Assembly: GCA_036172245.1 (NCBI GenBank)
Contig: JAYWIR010000054.1
Coordinates: forward strand, 744,001 to 808,000
Reading direction: 5' to 3'
DNA: 64,000 bases
Origin: Raillietiella orientalis
Lineage: Eukaryota
A program made the position numbers and the translations under genes. How positions within the stretch are numbered: position 1 is the first letter of the stretch; the number at the start of each line of letters is the position of its first letter. This document shows, in pieces, positions 39,401 to 48,929 of this stretch. The notes under the pieces are model-generated. The model did no database searches. It worked only from the letters and a program-made list of their open reading frames with translations, and was not told where the DNA came from.

Positions 39401-40896
39401 TGAAAGGAACACAACCGTTTCTTTCATCAAGCAACAAGTCATGAAACGTCTCGTGTTCAGTCGAGTTCGTGTTGAGCTATTTCCTTCTACCTTCGTTCAG
39501 TGTCAATAGCAGCGCCATCGACGCAGAGTCCAAGCAGAACACCGGTGCTGTTCTCAAAGGCCTTTCGTCTAACACCATGGAAGCGAATCAGCAAAGAATA
39601 CTTGATCATCGATGTGTGCGCGTGCTCACCATGCGGCTGTTGGATCCTTAAGGTCACTGGCTGAGGGATTCATCCAGAGTGCTGTGACGCTCTCTCTGAC
39701 CTGATCCGAGCGCTCCAGATCAGCACAGAATCCCAGTGCAAATGATAGGAATGCAGCAGCGCCGCGGTGCAACCACGAAACGTCCGGTTGCTCGCTCCAG
39801 TTGGCACCTCCTGCGCGCGGCAGAGGACTGGTGTGTTTCGGCTGAGAACTCGAAGAGATTGCACCTTCGCGATCTTGATTTCTGTAGTAACCACCGGCAC
39901 GATCGTTCGTGCCTTATTCATGCTTCGCAGCTCTCTGCTGCGGCCTTCAAATGGCTTGCCGCTCGCTCTTGTCCTTCCTCTCCTTTCGACTTGCTCTCCG
40001 AGAGCTGAACGTCCGGAAGCGCGGCGGGCAGGTGAATCGCCTCTCTCCGTAGGCTGTGGACGATGACATCCGTCGATGTGTTCCGATGGCAACCAGCATA
40101 CGGTACAGCAGCTTCCCACGGTGCGGATTTTTCGGTTTCCAGTTTTTCTTGACTGTCCTGTCTGTTCCCCGCACCGAGGACAGGAGAAGGTTGCGACCGG
40201 ACGTTGTCCTAACGTCCGGCGGAATCGGGCGACTCCCGAGACGGCGGAGGGAGTTTCTTTGGTTTCTTCTGCAGCTCCGCATCGCGTCTCGTGTGCCGAT
40301 CTTGTTGAGAATTTCGGGAATCTGCCATGCGTTCTTCGATGCGTGGGGATGATGTCCATTGCCGTGGTCCCTTGTTCCGTCCTGAACAAGTAGAGAGAGT
40401 CTTCGACGTGGTCCACGAGAAGAGATATCTTTCTATAAACTGCTTTTTTTTTGCTGTAAGTGCATATTAACTTTCATCGAGCATTCCGAGGAGCCTGTAA
40501 TGAAAATCAAGCAGTCTCAGGGTGACTGTGAGAATGCCCCCAAACGGCACATGGAAGAGCTCAAAACATTGTCGGTGCAGAGAGACTGCACTAAAATGGG
40601 ACCACTTAGCAGTACGTGACTATGGATGCACTTTTAGATTCACTTATCGGTTTTGGGGGAAATTTTCATATCTGGCGATCAGCTTGAGCACTATCGCAGT
40701 TTCTTGAAGATGGAGTCTGTGGAGCACCAACACGTTTCGTGCTGGGGGAGCGGTGAAATCCAGCCGGTATTTCCATAGCTCTCTGGGACCGCTTTTCCTC
40801 TGCCTGAGTCTCTGTGTCCTGGTGAGGACACCTGCCTGTCTTTTGGTTATCGAGGGAAGCAAGCCGAAGGAATAGAAGTTATCATCAGATGCGACA

Positions 40897-41016
40897 AATG
40901 TTAATGCATATATATATATGTAACATATACATTAACATTAAATTCATAAATTGATGCTGTATATATATATGCTAATTAATTGATGCTATATATATATATA
41001 TATAGCATCAATTAAT
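40897..41016. repeat. (TA)n microsatellites within a perfect 42-bp palindrome and a second hairpin
   Basis: 40975-41016 is ATTAATTGATGC(TA)9GCATCAATTAAT. There is also a 10-bp inverted repeat at 40897-40906/40930-40939. Confidence 0.95.
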
Positions 41017-41385
41017 GTATCCATCTATGCGCATAAGAACGTACATTCTCGGATCCGTGAGTTTGAAGTGCATCTCTTGGAACACCTTTAAAAAAAAGAC
41101 AGCATGGTTTTATCTAATCGCCAGATACACAAAGAGATTCCAAATGGACCGTGGAAACATTCAGGTTTGCCCCTCTCATAACGGATTCATTCAGCACGTG
41201 GAAAAACCACACGGATGCGAGCAACATCAAGAGGAATGAGGTATCATGTGAGAGAGCATATCTAAAGAGCGACAGGGCTTCCCACTTGAGGCGACATGGA
41301 GGACATGTCAAGGGGCACATGTGACTGTGGTTCCTCGAGCATTAAGGAGGCACGTACGAACGCGTTTCATGGAAGAATCGAGAAT

Positions 41386-41733
41386 TTAGTCGAAAGATCC
41401 AGTAGAAGGAAGTGAATGGAAAATTGACTGCAAACTTTGAAGATTAGAAAACGTGAAGAGAACAGGAAGAAAGAGTAAGGATGTCATAGTAGGGTTGAAT
41501 GGAAAGTGGAAACTACACGAGGAGACAATCCAGTGAAGCTTGCCATAGTCGGAAAAGCAATGAAGTGTGTTTGACACGTAGTATTTGGGGTGAAATGAGG
41601 ATTTCAGGGAGAGAAGCGGAGGTCTCACAGGCAAAGTGCAAGAGCAGAGTAGATTAACAGAGGAGCGGTTGGTAGAGTTCGGGCAAACAGCGACAGCGAG
41701 TGGATGTGGCCAATGAAAATCGAAGATATTCAT
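41386..41733 (-). mobile_element. Possible CR1/L2/Daphne-type LINE 3' end
   Basis: SFHFPFNPT...LPVLFTFSNLQSLQS resembles the SFFP.T...WN.LP...NL..FK terminal motif. Confidence 0.35.
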
Positions 41734-42604
41734 CTGCGTGTAAGTAGCTGGTTAATTGCATACCATTTACGTATCTACCGATGATAATCATATCTACTGA
41801 TGTACTTATTTATTGGTGTAGCGTCTCATCTACTGCGACATATCAGTCAACGGCCACTGATTTTCGTATGACGAAATTCAACCGGTTGCCATACTTGATG
41901 ACACAGCGGCAATAACAAGAAGTCCACTGGTACCACTACTCACATCTGTTTTTCTTGCTGATTCATTGAATTTGCGACCATCCACTTATCTGTTCCATCT
42001 GCGAGGAATCCTCGATTTCTTATTCTCTTTCTTGATCTAATTTTGCCTCTTTGGCACACTGTGTAGGCCGGGACGATTCCATCACTCACAGAAATAAACG
42101 CAATCTGTGCTCCAAGTTTCCTTAGGGCGTGTATTCAAGAAGATTTTGATTGCTTCCTGTACCAGAATGAGCTGGGACAGCATTCCCAGCTCAACTTCGT
42201 AAATGCTTATTCCCTCTCTATTCTGAAGACCTGAAGAATCATTGCATATTCCATGCACATTTAGTTTGTCCACCTTTTGGCCAATCAGATGAAGAGCTTT
42301 CTTACTCATAGATGTCTGCGGGAGTTCCGAATTGTAGGTGAAGCCTCTCGGCAGATGAAGTTTAATTCTCGCATTATTCGGACCCGAGTGAAGACTCCAG
42401 GACTTGGTAAGGCTGGGTAGGTGACACAAGATTCAGGATAAGAGATGGGTTGTTGGGTTCTGTGATTCATCTGCGGATCAAGAGGGCTGTCCAAGGTAGG
42501 TGGTGGGAGTTGTGATAACTTCCAGTCAACGCATCCCCAGAAGATTCTCGAAACTGCTTCAGTATTCTGTGCCTCGGAGTGAAGGGGAAGCTATCATAGA
42601 AATC

Positions 42605-43285
42605 CTTTTGGATCCCGTTTTCTCTGCTTTCCTTCTAGCTTTTTGTTTTCGGGTATCTTCTTTTATTTTCGGCTTGCTAAGTACTCCACAGCCGTTCGTC
42701 CTTGCTAGAGGCACACGAAGCTCTGTAAATTGTCCACGCCACCCGGGGCTGCATGTCACTCTTCTTCAAGTTAAAGGAAGCACCACGAAAGGGGAACAGC
42801 CTATAAATCCAAGAAGGCTATGGTGGAAAAGGATTTTTATCCTCTTACACTTGAAGGGAACCTGGAAAGTATCCGTTCCCTGCTTCCTTCTCTCAAGAGA
42901 GCCCAATTTCTCTGAAGGGCGCTCCCCAAAGGGAGCAGCGCGCTTCATGCACTCGGGAGAGACAACCCCCTCTGGGGATGTCAACCAACTTCATAAAACG
43001 GCTCAATTTTTACAAACGGATGGAAACCCCGAGGGTCCTTGTTTCCTGGAAGGACCCCGGAAGGTCAACACCCGATTCTGATCAGTGGACTGGTGCATTC
43101 GGGGACTTCCGGATTCCACCAATGCTGCATTCAAATAGGCCAACCAGCGTCATCTTGTGGGGGAGACTCGAAATCCATGAGGCACCTCCCATCGCTGAGC
43201 GTCGATCTTTCCCCGGGAGGAATCCGAGCTAGCAATGCCCGGTGTCACCCGCGGAGACCGCGGCCACACGGCCTCCAGGAATCGG
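42605..43285 (-). repeat. Same dispersed repeat family, copy F (receptor intron 5)
   Basis: Core ccaaccagcgtcatc at 43140-43154; body and A-rich tail homologous to copies A and C. Confidence 0.6.
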
Positions 43286-43899
43286 ACGTTTCGAGTTCAG
43301 ATCCCACCCGGGGAAAGATCGACACCTAAAGATGGAAGGTGTGCTTCTACTAGTTCTCTGCTGAAGTCTTGTACGAATCTTTTGCTTTTTTTTCTCCAGT
43401 CATCTGCGAAGTGGCAAGCAGAAGGAAATAGCAAACGAATAGGCTATCTTCGTTTTGACGGCAGAGAAGTTCCAGCATTCGTCCCAGAGCACCAGGGAGG
43501 GAACGGTGCTCTCCTACACACGCTTCTCTAGGAAGATCTACCGGTGGCATGAGATGGAGCACCAGCCGTGATGAAGGGGACAGCAACACAACAAAGATGA
43601 TGATGAAGCATCTCTTGGAGACTAGTTGAACCTCCTGACACGTCATTCGTGAACGCAGACACGAGCAAATAAATGAGTTGTTCGATCATATTCAACAGAG
43701 GTTGCAGCGGCAAAGAGAACAGCAAGATTGACTAAAGTTTGCAAGTTTTGACTGTCGACGATTTGTTCTAATCCTGTTGAGGAAATGAGCTGTTTTTTGG
43801 GAAGCCAATATAGGATCGTAGAATAACAGAAGATTCCAGGAGCAATAATATAAGATTTCATCTTTTTGTCAGGTTTCTCTTCTTTCTCTTTTTGTTCTC

Positions 43900-45200
43900 T
43901 TATCCTCCCCAGTCTTTCTCTTATCGTAAAAGCTGTGCAGGCGTACCAAAGAGGTACCCTTCTTGCTTGACGAACTCACTGGGGAAACAGCCCCGAGGTC
44001 TGACGTCAGTGTCCATTCATTGGAGAATGGAGCGGTTCTTCGGAAAGGACCCGTCCTGGTACTGGCATCAGCATCCGAGGGCGAGCTAAACATTCTGACC
44101 CAAGGGATGCACACTGTTGATGTCGTGGGCATCTTTCATGATACCTGGGTGGGGCCCTGCCCTTAAGCCCACGCACCCGTGGCAATGCCACGTGCCACGG
44201 GCATCTCGGACGCACTTGGCTGGAGAACTTGAATTTTCTCATCTGGAAGCGCATTCCAGTTGGAGCGAATCCCTCGGAAGGAAAAGACAGGCCAGGTAAC
44301 AAGAAATGCATGCTATCGATTAAGAGAAGTTTTGCAAGATCAAGAGAACATGGAAATTCCACGCAAGGTTGGCTTTACGAAGATTTCTTCTGATAAAACA
44401 GGTGTGCAGTATGTAAAGAAAAACATATCATCCCCTTGATACGAATGATTTTGCCATGGACCGGATCTTCATGTCTGATTACCTGGCGAGACGTGAGCGT
44501 ACTGAGTAATGAAGTCTAAGAAATGTTTGGAAAGTTGTTGCCTGGATTATGGAAACTGGCAGACCAATTTCAGCATGACTGGTTTCTCTGCAGGACAAAA
44601 AGGGAATTGCCAGGAGAAACCAATGAATAAAGCCTCGAGCAGCATATGAGAATAGGAAACGAAGGTCCATGGAAGAACCTGTGAGTGCCCTTGCTCGTTA
44701 AAGATTTCTTTACACAAAGGGAGACGCTGGTGGGGAAAACAGGAAAAAAAGAAAAAGAAAGGGAATAGCTTTGACGGGAAGCATCAATTTGTCCGGGAGC
44801 ATTTCTTGTGAGATATCTTCTTAGAGCGGAAAGAAAAAGAAGCCATCAGTGTCGGCAAGTCTCTGCACGTAGAAACTGCAAGCTTCCGAAAATTACATGG
44901 GATTACTTTTGACCATACCTCTGGAAAACTATGGATGAGAAGATGAATGTAAAAATCGGAATCGTTTAATGATCACTTCCCTGACTGAAACTTGCTTAAT
45001 TACTTTTGAGCTAATGTTTTCTTGAAGAAAACACTTCCACAACGTTGGAAACTAATGTTCACTGGCCCCAAGTACTAATTCTAAAAGTAGAAATCCGTCT
45101 CAGGTCAGCGAAATCGTCCATCGAAAATGCTCTCTTGTTCTCTTAGTAGCTGTTGTCCCTCCCCTTGTGCAAAAGATTCCACAGAGGAGGAGTCGTAAAA
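43900..45200 (+). mobile_element. Decayed LINE RT fragment in intron 5
   Basis: TGETAPRSD (GKAPGxDG-like), SAFQLERI and LQDQEN (LDQEKAF-like) occur in order. Confidence 0.45.
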
Positions 45201-45835
45201 ACTTGTTGCATGTTAGAATGCCATCCGTTCTGGCATAGGGCGGATTAATGATCCGTTGATTTGTGTGAGAGCAATTGGTCCTGCTTCGTGATCTGCTTCG
45301 TGATCATTTTCGTGGCAAACCGACAGAAAATCACCATGGACAGCACCGAAACAAGCACAGGGAAACGTGAAATTCCGATCTTTAACTGTAGAAAGCCTCG
45401 AGAAGGCTTTCAGGATTGGGTTCCCCTCAGAGAAGCTCCAGGCTTGGCGTTCAAACAGTTACTTCCGGAAAAAAGAAAATTCGGTGTAATCTCAAAAAGA
45501 CATTTTTCCTCTATAGAGATTTCTCATTGGTGCTTGTCTGATAGCGAAACAAAGAAAACCTCTCTTGAACATATCAATATTCAAAATTCCTGTCTTTCCA
45601 TGGTAACCATGGTGTGAAGTTGTAAGTTTCGTATGGGATTCCATTTCGCTTCCGTAGACGGTAACGGCCCGGCGTTCAGCTCGAACAGTTCGTTTCTTAG
45701 GAAACGCACGAAGCTTGAAAGATTGGGAAGCTCCGCGTGAAGCGGAAGGGCTCGAGCCCTCCTTCCTCATCTGCGCCCTCCGCGGGAGTTTTCCTCCGTT
45801 CTCTTTTTCATCCGCGGAGCGAGCCGTGCACTCAC

Positions 45836-45956
45836 CAAATGGAGATGACGTGGTAGGGCGTCCAACAAATCACAAACACCAACAAAATCACAACCGTCAT
45901 CTTCAGGGTCTTCGCCCTTGCTCTCCCGAAGTTGCATTTGCTGCTTCGAAGGAACC
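45836..45956 (-). CDS. AKHR: AKH/RPCH-type receptor coding exon 5 (ICL3, TM6)
   Basis: Acceptor ctctgcgtttcag, donor GTGAGT, 121 nt. Translates GFLRSSKCNFGRARAKTLKMTVVILLVFVICWTPYHVISIW, with the RAxxKTLKMT and CWTPY motifs. Confidence 0.95.
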
Positions 45957-46069
45957 CTGAAACGCAGAGCGTTCCCGTTTTAAAGTTTCTCGCGCCAGCG
46001 ATAAGTAACGCTGCGCCGCCATCGAGCACGCGAAAGAAAGAAAAGCTGATTCAGAGGCAACCTCTCTAC

Positions 46070-46283
46070 CTTTGTTGCGGATGCCCTTCCTCGATTTGGA
46101 GAAAATTTTTATCATCACAGCGATCCAGCTTATAACAAGAACAATGAGCGGCAATCCGTACATCACCATCATGCCGAAAACGGCGTACAGCAGCTCGAGG
46201 GCTGGGGATGGGAAGGAGTTGAACGTGACGCACTGCTCGTACCACGGATACTTGGGATGGCGCTCTACGTGAAAGATGAACAT
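46070..46283 (-). CDS. AKHR: AKH/RPCH-type receptor coding exon 4 (ECL2, TM5)
   Basis: Acceptor gtgttttgcag, donor GTAGAG, 214 nt. Translates MFIFHVERHPKYPWYEQCVTFNSFPSPALELLYAVFGMMVMYGLPLIVLVISWIAVMIKIFSKSRKGIRNK. The IFH..HP....QCVTF motif is typical of AKH/ACP receptors. Confidence 0.95.
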
Positions 46284-46299
46284 CTGCAAAACACAGGGG

Positions 46300-48200
46300 T
46301 TTATGTCGATGGGGATACACCGAAGGACAGACAGGTGCATCCTTCCCCACTTTGAGAAACCCACGCTGTGCTTCCTTCGCTCCCGGTCGAGCTTGCGCCG
46401 AAGAGGACCTCGGTTCAAGTGGAAGGACGACGGCGCGGAAACGGTAGCCGGCCTTGGTCTTAGCTCCTGGAAGCTTCCGGAGGCTGCGCCAATGATCGAG
46501 AGCGCGAGAAGGAGCGAGCAGCGCGAAGAAGACACGCTCACGCTTGCGCCTCAGCAGACGGAAAGGGTTCCTTTTATTGCAATTGGCCAGGAATAGGGTG
46601 AGAGCCCGCTGGCATCTTTCGAAATGATGACGACGACGGTGACTGCTGAGGGCGGAGGAACTTTGGAACCCTAGGCCTTTGACCCCGTGGAGTTCAGCGT
46701 GCTCCTGGGAACGGAAGCCGGACCCCGTCCAGCTCAGTCACTACCACTTCTCAGAAAATCGTTTCGGGCCAGGCCTTGGAGGGCATGGAACCTCTCTTGG
46801 AGACAGCGGTTGCCGGCTCGCTCTTTTTGTCCACTTCTTCCTGGCCAGGTAGGCGAGGTCCGGTTCCCAGAGATGCCTCGCGGTGGACGCAAGCATCACT
46901 GAAATCAGAGCAGAGAATCTAACGCCTCTAGCGACGCGAAGGATCACAGATCAGGCAGGATGTCCGACGGGTCGCGCAGCCAGGTGGCGTCCGAGCGGCA
47001 GACTGCTCTGTGTCGCGCGGTTCGTCGCTTCCGGAGATGCTATGGCGGAGCACAGGGAGCAGCTTGCCCGGGGGCTGAGAGATGGTCCACCTCTTGGCGG
47101 CGCTGATACGGTGCTGCTCACTGAGCTGACCTCTATGCTCTCCTCCTCACCGCCGAGAACAATCTCCAAACAAAAGCGGCTCATTTCCTCGTTAGAGGAG
47201 GTAAGCGAGAACGAAGAGGGGTCTTTGGGTCAACCGAGTCGCAATTCCACCAGACAGGCAGCAAGAGAATATGAAAAAAAGGACATACACATGTAATCCA
47301 AGAGCTTCACCTGCGGTGCGCTGCACACTGCAGATATTATCCAGGATCCCCATAGAGACCAGCGCCACCTCGAGGAAGAGTGGATGTTTCTGAGAGGACA
47401 ATATATGGCGAAGCATCTAAAAAGACAGGGAAAAGGATCATCTTCCGGAGAGCTCAGGAACCTCCCGATGGACGCAAGCCCCGCTTTCTCTTGGCCCCCC
47501 GATGACCTCTCAGCTGCCTCCCTTCCTGCTCCACCGGCCAAGTTCTCCTCCATCTTTTCTCAGCCTCGGGATGAAGTTTGCTCCCCCGGCAACGCCGTCA
47601 GATCAAGGGAACCTCCGAAGCAGCCACGACTGATGTTTTGCTTCCGCTCGAGATGACCATCGGCCCTGCACTGAGGCTGAGGTGCGACCGCAACCTTCTT
47701 TTTAGGCGCGGACCATCTTGCGAACACCAACGCACCTCTCGCAAGCGACGGAAAAGGAGAACTTCAGGAGAGAATGTGTATCGAAAGTTGCCATAGCTTC
47801 CAGGGGCGCTGCGAGTGTTCAAACTTCCTTGGTGCAGTCGTAAACGAAAGCTGCGTCCCCCCACATGCAAGACTGCCCCGGTCATAAGGGCCAAGGATAA
47901 AGAGTCGGTAACCGGGTTAACGCTCAGCCGGGTGCTCTATCTCGTGCCGGTGGAAGGGAGGTCCATCCACTGCCTCCAGGAGGCTCTAGGAGGATCGCAA
48001 TAGCGACAAGTAGAGAAACGCGAGATCTTTTCCCGGCGACAGAAGGAAGGAGTAGCAGCTGAGAGGAGGGAGGGGATTCCCGGAACGCACTCCAGATCCG
48101 AGAGAACACATCGTCTTCGTCCTCTCCTCCTTCATGTCCTACCCAGTGGTTCATCGCAGGACCAGAGAGAGAAGCAGGGAAGGGGGCAATTGCATACAAG
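46300..48200 (-). mobile_element. Decayed LINE ORF2 remnants on both sides of receptor exon 3
   Basis: VGGRSF/PGSYG (APE-like) and EKAGLASIGRF lie upstream of exon 3. IATRL, RGGPSLSP, AYLA and KLDRERRKHSVGFSKW lie downstream. Confidence 0.45.
47311..47416 (-). CDS. AKHR: AKH/RPCH-type receptor coding exon 3 (ICL2, TM4)
   Basis: Acceptor ccctgtctttttag, donor GTGAAG, 106 nt. Translates (R)CFAIYCPLRNIHSSSRWRWSLWGSWIISAVCSAPQ and completes the DRC motif in phase. Confidence 0.93.
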
Positions 48201-48229
48201 AGAAACTCTCATAAAAACGTTTCTCCGGG

Positions 48230-48745
48230 TATCTCAAAAAGAAGAGAAAAAGAAGCAACAGCAATAATTGCGGCAGCAGCAGTGACAGTGTCAGCAGGAA
48301 GAGAAAAAAGATAAACATCAGCAGTTGACAAAGATGAGGAAGGAAGAGAATAATTGGCAACAGTAGCCTCAGAAAAAAAAAGAGAAGGGAAAAGAATCAA
48401 TAGCAACAGAGGACGACGAAAAAAAGAGAAGATAGTCAGCAACGGCAGCAGCAAGAGAGCATGGGAAAGGAGACGAAACAGCAGCAGAAGAGGAAGCAGA
48501 GGAATGTAAAATAGAACAAACATCAGCAGTAGACGGAGACGAAGGAGGAGAAGGACACTTGGCAATAGCTGCAGTAGCAGGAAAGGAAGAGAAGGTGGGA
48601 GAAACAGCTGTAGCAGCAGGAGACGAGGAAATAAAAAGAAGATAAACCGGGACAGAAGAAGAAGAGGTAGAAGAAAGATAATGAGCAGAATCAGAAGCAG
48701 GAAGAGAAAGAGAGAAATAAGATGAAGAAACAGAAGCGGATCAAC
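48230..48745 (+). repeat. Purine-rich low-complexity tract (degenerate GAA/CAG)
   Basis: Sequence is almost entirely A/G with scattered cagcag runs. Confidence 0.85.
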
Positions 48746-48929
48746 AACAACGGATCTCTGACACCAGCATTCGTCCTCAGCAGAGAGGACGGAGGCAGAA
48801 GCAGCATCAGAAATGGAAGCAGCACTATTGCTTCTGCTTCCCTTTCTGTTATCTCTTTCTCCAGTCCCGCTGTTGCAGTCCGTCGTCTCCTCTGCTAAGG
48901 ACGAATGTTGGTGCCAGAGATCCGTTGTT
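48746..48929. repeat. 40-bp inverted repeat (37/40 identical) with a 104-bp spacer in intron 2
   Basis: 48746-48785 matches the reverse complement of 48890-48929 with three transition mismatches. Confidence 0.92.

Noticed and set aside
39670..40416. 248-aa Cys-containing ORF read as a nested gene
   Set aside because: It has a non-ATG start and no coherent domain. It is probably decayed transposon sequence or a chance GC-rich ORF.
48209..48565. Hydrophobic Leu/Phe-rich membrane-protein-like ORFs
   Set aside because: They are translation artefacts of the purine-rich low-complexity tract.
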